11,945 nt of DNA from Octopus sinensis (Eukaryota). The stretch lies in NCBI RefSeq assembly GCF_006345805.1, contig NW_021826709.1, forward strand, positions 1 to 11,945. Direction: 5' to 3'. Positions 1 through 8,858 of this stretch are shown here, piece after piece. The notes under the pieces are model-generated. The model did not search any database. It was not told where the DNA came from and was given only the letters and a program-made list of their open reading frames with translations. Both the position numbers and the translations under genes were made by a program. Position 1 is the first letter of the stretch; each line of letters opens with the position of its first letter.

Positions 1-168
1 ACGACGATGTTGTCCCTCCAGTCGGTTACAGTCGCTCAGAACGACAGAACAACCTACCCACTCGTGATATTAACGAGCACGTGACTGAGTACTCCACAGA
101 TACGTGTACCCATGAATTAGTTTTCAGGGAGATTCAGTGTGACACAGAGAGGGACAAAGCTGGATCTT
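1..168 (-). repeat. Second copy of the SINE 3' half (direct repeat of 195-360, period 194 bp)
   Basis: 1-168 aligns with 195-360 from ACGACGATG to GCTGGATCTT, with about 7 substitutions and a 2-nt indel by eye (about 95% identity). Confidence 0.95.
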
Positions 169-180
169 GTAATTAAACCA

Positions 181-510
181 GTACTACGTCGGTTACGACG
201 ATGTGTCTTCCAGTCGGTTACAGTCGCTCAGAACGACAGAACAACCTACCTACACGTGATATTAACGAGCACGTGGTTGAGTACTCCACAGATACGTGTA
301 CCGATGAATTAGTTTTCAGGGAGATACAGTGTGACACAGAGAGGGACAAAGCTGGATCTTTTGATTACGGGTACAACGGATTTTGCCAGCTGTATGGACC
401 GGAGCAACATGAAGTAAAGTGTCTTGCTCAAAGACACAACGCACCGCCGGGAATTGAACTCAGGATCGTAAGATCGTGAACCGAATACCCGAAGCACTAA
501 ACCATACGCC
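181..510 (-). mobile_element. tRNA-derived SINE, near full length, cephalopod-type family
   Basis: The reverse complement of 510->445 reads GGCGTATGGTTTAGTGCTTCGGGTATTCGGTTCACGATCTTACGATCCTGAGTTCAATTCCCGGCGG, with a Pol III A-box-like TGGTTTAGTGC and a B-box GTTCAATTCC. It is followed by GTGTCTTTGAGCAAGACACTT, a motif typical of conserved-core invertebrate SINEs. It ends in a small CGTCG-TAAC-CGACG hairpin (187-200). The family assignment is from memory of octopus SINEs. Confidence 0.8.
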
Positions 511-910
511 GTCATATTTATGGAATATAAAATGATGTAGTCGCAGTCATTATGTTTCCATGACTGTATGACTGAGATCTGTATATGGTTTCGGGTTATA
601 CTGTGTAACATTTTGAAATAGTGTCTTGTAATTTAGCCCCGAACCGAAGCATGATTTGTGAGTGAATTTCCAAGATGGATATTCGCGTATATAACTGGGC
701 CATATTGTAAATTGTTGTAGGTCTGACGACAGAGAACACATTTACATTGTGTCCATAGAAATCAATTTGAAATATCTCATATTCATATCTGAGATTCATA
801 TGTGACCCTCATTGCAATCTCCAATAAGATCGAACGCAGACACACTGCATGTACACAAATATACACCATTAATTAAATCATTCTTATAAATAAAGAAATC
901 ATTAATTATA

Positions 911-1055
911 GGCGCAAGAACGACTGTTTGGTCACGAAGCTGGCTTTGGAACCACGTGATTTCTGGTTCAAATTTACTGTGCAGGACCGACTAAGGCCTC
1001 GCAAGTGAAGTTGACAGACAAAAAGTGTGAGAGCTTGTTGTGTATTATGTATGTA
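911..1055 (+). mobile_element. Degraded tRNA-derived SINE with an internal deletion
   Basis: GGCGCAAGAACGACTGTTTGGTCACGAAGCTGG...AACCACGTGATTTCTGGTTCAAATT resembles a tRNA-like head with B-box GGTTCAAATT. It is followed by GGACCGACTAAGGCC...GACAGACAAAAA, which resembles the body of a common octopus SINE as I recall it. The copy is heavily diverged. Confidence 0.55.
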
Positions 1056-1114
1056 CATCATTATTCAGTTGTATTTTAAGATTTCAACAACATCGACAGA
1101 ATATTTTTGTATAA

Positions 1115-1582
1115 GAGCGTAGGCGAGAAAGATATGCCATAATATAGATCTGGAAGATCCTAGAAGGACTTGTCCCAAACCTTGGCATCGAGAGTTACAC
1201 AAATACTAGAACTGGGCGCCACTGTATAGTGCCAAGGACTCCAAATTTGCCATCAAGATGTAGGACAAGATACTGTGGTAGCCTGGGCTTCAAAGATCCA
1301 CAACTCTTCAATATCCTCCCGAAGGACCTGAGAGACCTGCATGGGGTGGATACAGATGTCTTTAAAATAAAACTGGATCTCTTGCTATCAGGTGTCCCAG
1401 ATGAACCAACTTCACGACAGGAGGTGCAGATGAGGGCAGCTGCATCGAACTCTCTCATTCACCAAATGGCAATTGCTAAAACGCTTTCGTGAAGTAAAAT
1501 CATGTAGCAACACCAAATTGTGGTGCCCCAGCATGGCCACAGCTCATGAGCTGAAACTAGATAAAATAAAACTAAAAAAAAA
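1115..1582 (+). mobile_element. 5'-truncated CR1/L2-group LINE: ORF2 C-terminus, short 3' UTR and A-rich tail
   Basis: The frame starting at 1115 reads ERRRERYAII*IWKILEGLVPNLGIESYTNTRTGRHCIVPR...QLFNILPKDLRDL...FKIKLDLLLSGVPDEP...AAASNSLIHQ, with its stop at 1490-1492. This is the typical post-RT C-terminus of CR1/L2-group ORF2 (ERRRERY..IYIWKIL, LFN.LP..LR, FK..LD). There is one in-frame TAG at 1145-1147. The tail is ATAAAATAAAACTAAAAAAAAAA at 1561-1582. Confidence 0.88.
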
Positions 1583-1744
1583 ATTTTAAATATATACATA
1601 CATATATACTATATTCTCACGCATATAATTGCATATCTAAACGTCCTCATATATACTTAAATGATAAACTTCTGTTCACAAAATTTTACCATGTATGTAT
1701 TTATGGGCGGATGTGTGTGTTTAAACCCACCATCATTTGAAAAC

Positions 1745-2190
1745 CCGTGGTTCTGTGCTCAGGACAGACTTGCCTGTGGATGGCATTGTAAATTGTTTTC
1801 GCAACAGCGTCGTGCCGCATAGGGAGGTACTACGGTGACTACATTTTAGGACATTTTAGGTCCTCACATGCATTTAGGTCCTCACAGGAACATGACATAG
1901 CCTACACATGCGGTTGCACCTTGGAATTACAAGGGCGGCACAGTCTCTCTTGTTCACCAGGTACTTTGTGGCAATCTCCTGCTCTTGGATTACAAACGCA
2001 TAGCCTTCAAAGTGTGATGGAATGTACTGGTCTTGTGTCAAGAGAGGCTGTGCTTCGTGTCATTTCTACTGTCTTCATCAAGCCTCCGGGCAACATACCC
2101 ATGCATAGTCTTTTCTTCTTTATATGCTGAGTGCTTTCCATCCCATCCAGGTTTTCTCTGAGTTAAGAGAGCCGAGCTTTTGGGGGACTG
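1745..2190 (-). mobile_element. Degenerate R4/Dong-like (RLE-type) non-LTR retrotransposon fragment: zinc knuckle and RHD region
   Basis: Minus-strand translation across frameshifts and stops gives MHGYVARRL...SLS*HK..., IPSHFEGYAFVIQEQEIATKYLVNKR...CRLC (1895-1906), ...CPKM..., and YLPMRHDAVAKTIYNAIHRQVC (RHD at 1809-1817). A CCHC knuckle followed by RHD is characteristic of R2/R4/NeSL-type elements. The boundaries are approximate. Confidence 0.78.
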
Positions 2191-2269
2191 TATAGATCAA
2201 CACGAAGAGGGTGTATGTACGTACGTACGTAAGTACAAACCCGTCTATGAGTTTATGTATATGAGTAGC

Positions 2270-2297
2270 CATGTGTGTATACACACACACACAAACT

Positions 2298-2329
<32 letters not shown>

Positions 2330-2360
2330 ACACACATATATACATGTATGTATATATGTA
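2270..2360. repeat. (CA)n/(TA)n microsatellite
   Basis: Directly visible dinucleotide runs. Confidence 0.95.
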
Positions 2361-2399
2361 TATGCGTTTTTCTTTCTATATGAGCACAACGAGAGGGAG

Positions 2400-2470
2400 A
2401 CAGAAAAAAGAAGGATAATGTAAAAGAAAGAAAGAAAGAAAGAAAGAGAGAAAGAAAGAAAGAAGAAAGG
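2400..2470. repeat. (GAAA)n purine-rich microsatellite
   Basis: AAAGAAAGAAAGAAAG... runs are directly visible. Confidence 0.9.
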
Positions 2471-2559
2471 CAGCAAGATACAGGAATAGACAGAGAAGGC
2501 ATACGGGACAACATGTAAAACTCCAAATTACCGTAAGCAGCCATTAGCGTTTTCAAATA

Positions 2560-2654
2560 CATATACGGACATACATACATACATGTGTATGTATGTATGT
2601 ACTTATGTATATATATATATGTATATATATATATATGTGTATATATATACACAC

Positions 2655-2689
<35 letters not shown>

Positions 2690-2695
2690 TACACA

Positions 2696-2744
<49 letters not shown>

Positions 2745-2765
2745 CCTGTAACTGCATACATACGT
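2560..2765. repeat. Compound (TACA)/(TA)n/(CA)n microsatellite
   Basis: Directly visible; it produces the Y/I/H/T/C/V-rich ORFs in the track. Confidence 0.95.
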
Positions 2766-3044
2766 ATAGGAAATTATAAATTTACTTATATGTTGATTTG
2801 CATGTCTCATTTAAACATCAATTTCGTTTAATGTCAGTTAAATCACATTTTGATTACTTTAACATATTTGTTTTTGTTGTTTTTTCTTCTCACCGTGTGT
2901 CTCTTCTTAGGTTTATGGTAGTTTCCGTGCCTGTATGTGGATGTATGTGTGTCTGAGTGCATGTTTATATGTATCCACGTGTATTTTTCGTAATGAGCGA
3001 TAAAGAAACGTATACAAGGAGTATGTAATGGTTACTGATTGCGA

Positions 3045-3111
3045 ATAAGAGAGAGAGAGAGGGGGTAGGGAGATGGAGAGAGAGTGACATACAGACGCAC
3101 ACATATAAATG

Positions 3112-3154
<43 letters not shown>

Positions 3155-3169
3155 CCTGCATATATATAC

Positions 3170-3204
<35 letters not shown>

Positions 3205-3368
3205 ATTTCTATCATCTACCTCTATCCTACCCTATCTACTACCTACATCCTCCTATCTACCTCCCTATCTACCTACCTACCTATCTATATATCTATCTAT
3301 CTGTTTACCTATTTACCTATCTATCTACATATCTATCTACCTATCTATTTATCTATCTATCTGCCAAT

Positions 3369-3421
<53 letters not shown>

Positions 3422-3422
3422 C

Positions 3423-3456
<34 letters not shown>

Positions 3457-3485
3457 TTATCTGTCTGTCTATTTATCTATCTATA
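3045..3485. repeat. (GA)n, (TA)n and a long imperfect (TATC)n array (about 3168-3485)
   Basis: Directly visible CTAT tetramers with CTAC and TTAT variants. Confidence 0.95.
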
Positions 3486-3814
3486 TGTAGTTAAAAATGA
3501 TGGTCGGTAACTGCGTTTCAGAGTATGTATATATAGTCCGATCTTGTGTACGTTCCGATTTTAATACTCACCGTTGTTTTTCTTTTTTTTTTCGCCGTTT
3601 CTATGGGATGTTTCCTTGTTTATTGCGATTTAAATATTCTTCTTGCGATAATGAGGCAAAAATTTGCTCTTTATAACCTACCATACCACTATTTATTCAA
3701 TCATTAAGATGAATAGTGAGAAATCACTGCGAAAAGGAGGAAGATGTTACACGGGGAGTGTGTTTGAGTAAGAAAGAGAGACAAGAACAGATGAAGAAAA
3801 AGAGAGAAAGAGAT

Positions 3815-3975
3815 GACGGATATATGACGAATGATATGAAGAGGATGAAGTTGATAATGATGACGTCATTTGTTGTTGTTGTTGTTGATGATGATGATGA
3901 TGGTGTTGATGATGATGATGATGATATGATGATGATGATGATGAGAATGATGATGATGACGATGATGATGAAGAC

Positions 3976-4009
<34 letters not shown>

Positions 4010-4115
4010 TTGATGCTGATGATCATGATGATGGTGATGGTGATGATGATGGTGGGGATGATGTTGATGGTGATGGTACTGGTGGGAATGACGATGGCTG
4101 TGACGATAAAAATGA
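3815..4115. repeat. Imperfect (GAT)n/(GTT)n/(GGT)n trinucleotide array
   Basis: Directly visible; it explains the poly-M, poly-D and poly-I ORFs. Confidence 0.95.
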
Positions 4116-4199
4116 TAGCAGTTACCATTAGCTATTTTGTAGATTAACTACAAATAAATATTATTTCAGGTTGGAGTTGTAATATATAAACACGCACGC

Positions 4200-4205
4200 A
4201 TATAG

Positions 4206-4238
<33 letters not shown>

Positions 4239-4275
4239 CATGTATGTATATATATATATATGTGCGTATGTATAA

Positions 4276-4315
<40 letters not shown>

Positions 4316-4404
4316 ATATATATATTATATACCTACACACACAAACACACGTACACACACACTCACTCACGCACCACAAATACATATATATGCATATATA
4401 TGTG

Positions 4405-4436
<32 letters not shown>

Positions 4437-4453
4437 GCATATATGTATATATA

Positions 4454-4496
<43 letters not shown>

Positions 4497-4690
4497 CCAA
4501 TGCATGCATACATGTGTACATAGATACGTGCATTCATTTACATATATTAACGCATACATACGTACATACGTGCTTACATTGATATATATATATACCGATT
4601 TTTGCTTGCATACGTATGTACTTACATATATATATATATGCATATTTAGACACACAATTATACACATATATATGTATATATAATATGTGC
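4200..4690. repeat. Compound (TA)n/(CA)n microsatellite region
   Basis: Directly visible. Confidence 0.95.
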
Positions 4691-4737
4691 GTGCGTGTAA
4701 AATGAGAGCGCTAGAGAAAGAAATAGTTTAATAGCTA

Positions 4738-4754
4738 GCTAGATAAATAGATAG

Positions 4755-4836
<82 letters not shown>

Positions 4837-4840
4837 CAGA
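4738..4840. repeat. (GATA)n tetranucleotide array, nearly perfect
   Basis: TAGATAGATAGA... runs continuously over about 4755-4835. Confidence 0.97.
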
Positions 4841-5277
4841 CAACTGAGTGAACGAATGGACATGTATATTTGGAGTTTTGTTAATTGAATAACAAGTTGA
4901 ATTACCTCCTCATGCTACTTAAAGATTTGAGGGCATAGAATACGACGACCATTTCCTTTGTTATTAGCGAGCTTGTTTCAATTACCTAGCATGTAGAATG
5001 CATTTACTAAATGAAGTAATACACGCTTAAACCTTTTGTGATTTTCGAAATTCAAGCGCCTATGCACACTGAATCGTTTCTCTTCGTTTTGGTTGATATT
5101 AGGCATATAAAACAGCCTCACAATAGTTCCATATATTTCTATATAGATAGCTAGATTTTATGCATACCTGAATTAGGAGAGGAAAGTCGCTATACCTTGG
5201 AAAACTATAAATGCAGAAAAAAAACATGTCCACAGCTGTTCTCGGGTTTCTAGACAAAAACAGATTATTTTCGATAT

Positions 5278-5386
5278 TTCCTCCTCCTCCTCCTCCTCCT
5301 CTACTGCTACTACTACTACTACTACCGCTACCCCCACCCCCACCACTACTACTACTACTACGACTACCACCACCACCACCACCACC

Positions 5387-5418
<32 letters not shown>

Positions 5419-5465
5419 GACTACCACCACCACCACCACTACTACTACTACCACCACCACCACCT

Positions 5466-5497
<32 letters not shown>
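5278..5497. repeat. Compound (CCT)n(ACT)n(ACC)n trinucleotide array at the 3' end of the adjacent LINE
   Basis: Directly visible. It abuts the LINE 3' UTR at 5498, and the variant unit CTACGACTACC recurs 57 bp apart (CGA at 5361 and 5418). Confidence 0.95.
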
Positions 5498-6446
5498 GTT
5501 TAAGACATGCAACAGTTTCCAATATCGTGCTGCTGCTGATTGAAGCTACTGTATTTACTGGGAGTTTGTGCTATCTGTCAAGTTACAAGGACCTCGGACA
5601 GACAGTACTTTACGTAATATGCATTCTGTTCCAAATATTGACAATTTTCGCAATACACCTAGGTTAAAGGTTTTTTTTTTTCAGGTTTGGTTGTATTGAA
5701 CCCAATAACGTTAGGGGTAAAACTTTATGCTAAAACTTTAGCGATCTCATTTCTTAGATTCCATATTTATTAATCTTTTCTCCTTCTTTCATGATAATAT
5801 GTTGATCTGCTGGCACTGCATCATCGATTATTAGGCACATTTGTTTGCCCCTCTTCGGTGATCTAACATGCTGGCTGTCTGGAAGACCCAAAAGATGTTT
5901 GCCTTCTCCTTTTCGTCCATTCCTTTTTCCGTTGTATTTTGGTATCAAATACCCGTTACATCGTATCCATACCGCCGGCATAGTAGTCAGTGAAGGTTTT
6001 CTGCGTAAGACTTTCACAAGCTCTAACAATGTGAGTCACGCTTCCGACCCACTTCCCACATTCTGCAGAGATTTTTTTTTGCACTTGTGTGGCTTATATC
6101 CTTTTTCACAGAGTTGGTATTCAATGCTTGGTCCTGGGGAGCGATGATTAGGCTATTATTATTCCTTTTTTATGCCACCCTTTTTTAAACACTTCCATGA
6201 TGCTTCATGTTCTTTTAAGTTGTTAGTTTCGCGATGGAACTGACCATATAATTCCATGCGGAGTTGGGTTTCTTAACTCTCGTTAGCTGATCGGAATTCA
6301 TGAGCAATCTCAAGTCCATTTTTGGTAAACCCTATGGCATTAGCAGCATACTGTAGCAGGTCTTGTTTGCTGTTTACCAAATATTGTGCAATGTTTCTCC
6401 TTTCACTGTTGATGCTCTCCTCTACGCTAGTCAGCCGGTGGCCACC
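5498..6446 (-). mobile_element. 5'-truncated, degenerate R4/Dong-like LINE: post-RT region, knuckle relic, RLE domain and 3' UTR
   Basis: Minus-strand translation across frameshifts gives GG..LTSVEESINSERRNIAQYL..., LYGQFHRET..., SWKCLKKGGIKKE, SLIIAPQDQALNTNSVKK, THIVRAC, CLIIDDAVPADQHIIMKEGEKINKY (RLE D...E.K core), NLRNEIAK and IFGTECILRKVLSV. The expected stop has mutated to CGA at 5594-5596. About 95 bp of 3' UTR follow, then a (TAG)n tail. Confidence 0.9.
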
Positions 6447-6456
6447 TTTACAATGA

Positions 6457-6610
6457 TTTCAAATTCCTCCGAGGTCGATATTGTCTTTCATCCTTTCGGT
6501 GTCGATAAAATAAGTACCAGTGAAACACTGGGGTCGATGTAATCGACTGTTCGCTACCCACCAAAATTTAGGGCCTCGTGGCTATAGTAGAAAATATTAT
6601 TATTGTTATA
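6457..6610 (+). mobile_element. 5'-truncated SINE with a Nin/Deu-like conserved domain and (ATT)n tail
   Basis: It starts at a B-box remnant TTCAAATTCC, continues GAGGTCGATATTGTCTTTCATCCTTTCGGTGTCGATAAAATAAGTACCAG (resembling the Nin/Deu SINE domain as recalled) and CTGGGGTCGATGTAATCGACT, and ends GTAGAAAATATTATTATTGTT. Confidence 0.75.
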
Positions 6611-6834
6611 ACTATTGAAACAAATGTGAACAATGAAATAAAATGCCCAGTTAAACAATTAAATCCTAAATATCCTCTAGATATTGTAGAATTTTTTTAC
6701 CTCGGATATATTCACAAGGTATTTAAATGCCATACTGAAAATACTAACTTGATTACTAACATTATGTCTTGCGTATAGATAGATAAAAATAAAAATGAAA
6801 AGATATGTTTAAATTCTCTTAATTTTTAAAAGTT

Positions 6835-6848
6835 GATATGTATATATG

Positions 6849-6889
<41 letters not shown>

Positions 6890-6912
6890 ACTCACAAACA
6901 CACACACACACT
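6835..6912. repeat. (TA)n(TG)n(CA)n microsatellite
   Basis: Directly visible. Confidence 0.95.
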
Positions 6913-7139
6913 CGCGGACGCGTATGTATATGATGTATCGACACATTTTGTCATGCCTGGCAGCTATTTGATATTTCCTTATACGACAACTTCCCGTTGT
7001 TCGTCAGAGCGGACATCCATTTTTCAGGTACAAAGAATTTACAATATGTCGGCGATTTTTCTATGAAATAAATTTAATCCAGTATTCAGAGTGTTGCGTA
7101 CCGTTCTTACTTCGTTCCAGTAAGCGTAATATAGAGAGC

Positions 7140-7154
7140 ATTATCTATCTATCC

Positions 7155-7204
<50 letters not shown>

Positions 7205-7375
7205 TTCTCTACCTATCTATCTACCTATCTATCTCTTTTTCTCTCTCTCTTTCTATGTATATACACGTTTATATATATATATGTGAATATATATTATATG
7301 CATGCATATATATAGATGAGTATTATATATATAATATATAATATATATATATATTATATATAATGTGTTTGTATG
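7140..7375. repeat. (CTAT)n array followed by (CT)n and (TA)n-rich repeats
   Basis: Directly visible. Confidence 0.93.
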
Positions 7376-7559
7376 TATGTATGTATGTGCGGGTTTGAGT
7401 GTTTGTATCTGTGTGCAAACGTCAGTCTATATGCCTGGGTATCTCTCTGTCTATCTATATATAAATACTCACATACAGACACGATCTATATATTTATACA
7501 CTTACATAAGTTTGTAGGTGACTATAAAGATGTAGATAGTTACGTACTTACTTTCTTTG

Positions 7560-7632
7560 CATACACACATACATAGACACTAATATATATATATATATAT
7601 ACACACATACACATACACATATATATATATAT

Positions 7633-7666
<34 letters not shown>

Positions 7667-7744
7667 ATTTAAGTACTTACATATACATTGTATATTCTAT
7701 TCGTTAGCTTGTATATATTATATATATATATACACACATTTACT

Positions 7745-7775
<31 letters not shown>

Positions 7776-7843
7776 GTGTGTGTGTGTATGTATATGTACA
7801 TATCTATATATATATATGTTTATATATAGAGAGAGATAGATAC

Positions 7844-7897
<54 letters not shown>

Positions 7898-7970
7898 ATA
7901 TGTATATACACGATCACATATATATCGATATATACACATATATATGCGATCACATGTCTATAGATATATA
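7560..7970. repeat. (TA)n-dominated compound microsatellite
   Basis: Directly visible. Confidence 0.93.
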
Positions 7971-8371
7971 TTTTTTTCTAATTTCAAAATTTGAACCATG
8001 TTACTTAGTAAGAGAAATCAAATGAATCGTCTAATGATGGCCATAAATAACATTTAAATAAAATTATGCTTCTATTTTTTGACCCGTATCTATACAGTAT
8101 TCAGCACGACACATATATTGACCCAAGATGGAAAAAAAAGCCCAAAAAGCAAGGAAAAGAAGTAAATGTTATGTTTTTTTTTACTTTTTTTTTCAATTTC
8201 TGTATCTCTGTATTCAGCAATAAGCGGAATGGTAGAAATAGCAGAAATAAAAAGAAATGATTTAAAATCCTATATACTATTTTAGTAGAATTACAATCTC
8301 TTCAGTCTCTTAATCTTTTTTCGAAAGTTCTCCAACTCTCCCTACTCTCCCCTCTCTCCTTTCTTCCCCCT

Positions 8372-8523
8372 TTATCTCTGTATACATAGATGCATGTATA
8401 TGTTTATATATATATATAAGTATATATACATGTGTGTGTATACATATATATTAGTGTGTGTATATATGTACATATATATGTATATATACACACACTTGTA
8501 TATGTGTGTATATATACATATGT

Positions 8524-8568
<45 letters not shown>

Positions 8569-8590
8569 TATATACACACGTACACATATC
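8372..8590. repeat. (TA)n/(TG)n compound microsatellite
   Basis: Directly visible. Confidence 0.93.
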
Positions 8591-8621
8591 ACACATGCTA
8601 TTTATGTTTCCCGAACACATA

Positions 8622-8651
8622 TAAATATATTCCCACCGAGATGCGCTAGCC
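8622..8651 (+). repeat. 30-bp direct repeat, with a partner at 9734-9763
   Basis: TAAATATATTCCCACCGAGATGCGCTAGCC versus TAAATATATTCCCACCGAGATACGCTAGCC: 29/30 identical. Confidence 0.95.
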
Positions 8652-8754
8652 AACTTTATGTATACTTATATAAATACTTATATACATGCATTCGAATACA
8701 AATTTAATATAGACATACACTCCTGTGCATACATAGTCCATACATATATCTACG

Positions 8755-8858
8755 TATACATACGTGTGTATGTGTGTGTGTGTGTGTGCGTGTGTGTGTG
8801 TGTGTGCGTGCGCGCGCGCGTGCGTGCGTGCGTGTGTATCTGTGCGCGTGTATATATA
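8755..8858. repeat. (TG)n/(CG)n/(TGCG)n largely alternating purine-pyrimidine tract
   Basis: GTGTGT...GCGTGCGCGCGCGCGTGCGTGCGTG is directly visible. Confidence 0.95.

Noticed and set aside
1-360. Repeat-spacer-repeat layout as a possible CRISPR array
   Set aside because: There are only two repeats, each about 167 bp and SINE-derived, in a eukaryotic context with no cas genes.
201-479. 92-aa ORF on the plus strand
   Set aside because: It lies antisense within the SINE. The duplicate copy lacks the equivalent start context, and there is no protein motif.
445-510. tRNA gene
   Set aside because: A and B boxes are present, but the sequence runs into a SINE body and I could not build a proper cloverleaf or acceptor stem.
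550-799. Overlapping 63-67 aa minus-strand ORFs in unique sequence
   Set aside because: They are short, have no recognisable motif, and fall within chance expectation.
2180-4683. Many 60-170 aa ORFs rich in Y/I/C/V/H/T, or poly-M/poly-I
   Set aside because: They are translations of stop-free TA/CA/TATC/GAT microsatellites, with no domain content.
5099-5543. Gly/Ser-, Val/Glu- and Pro/Leu-rich ORFs on both strands
   Set aside because: They are read through the compound trinucleotide array at the LINE tail.
7028-7119. Plus-strand exon candidate (TTTTCAG|92 nt, one open frame YKEFTICRRFFYEINLIQYSECCVPFLLRS|GTAAGC)
   Set aside because: The splice signals are plausible, but there is no recognisable product or partner exon. 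It would need RNA-seq support.
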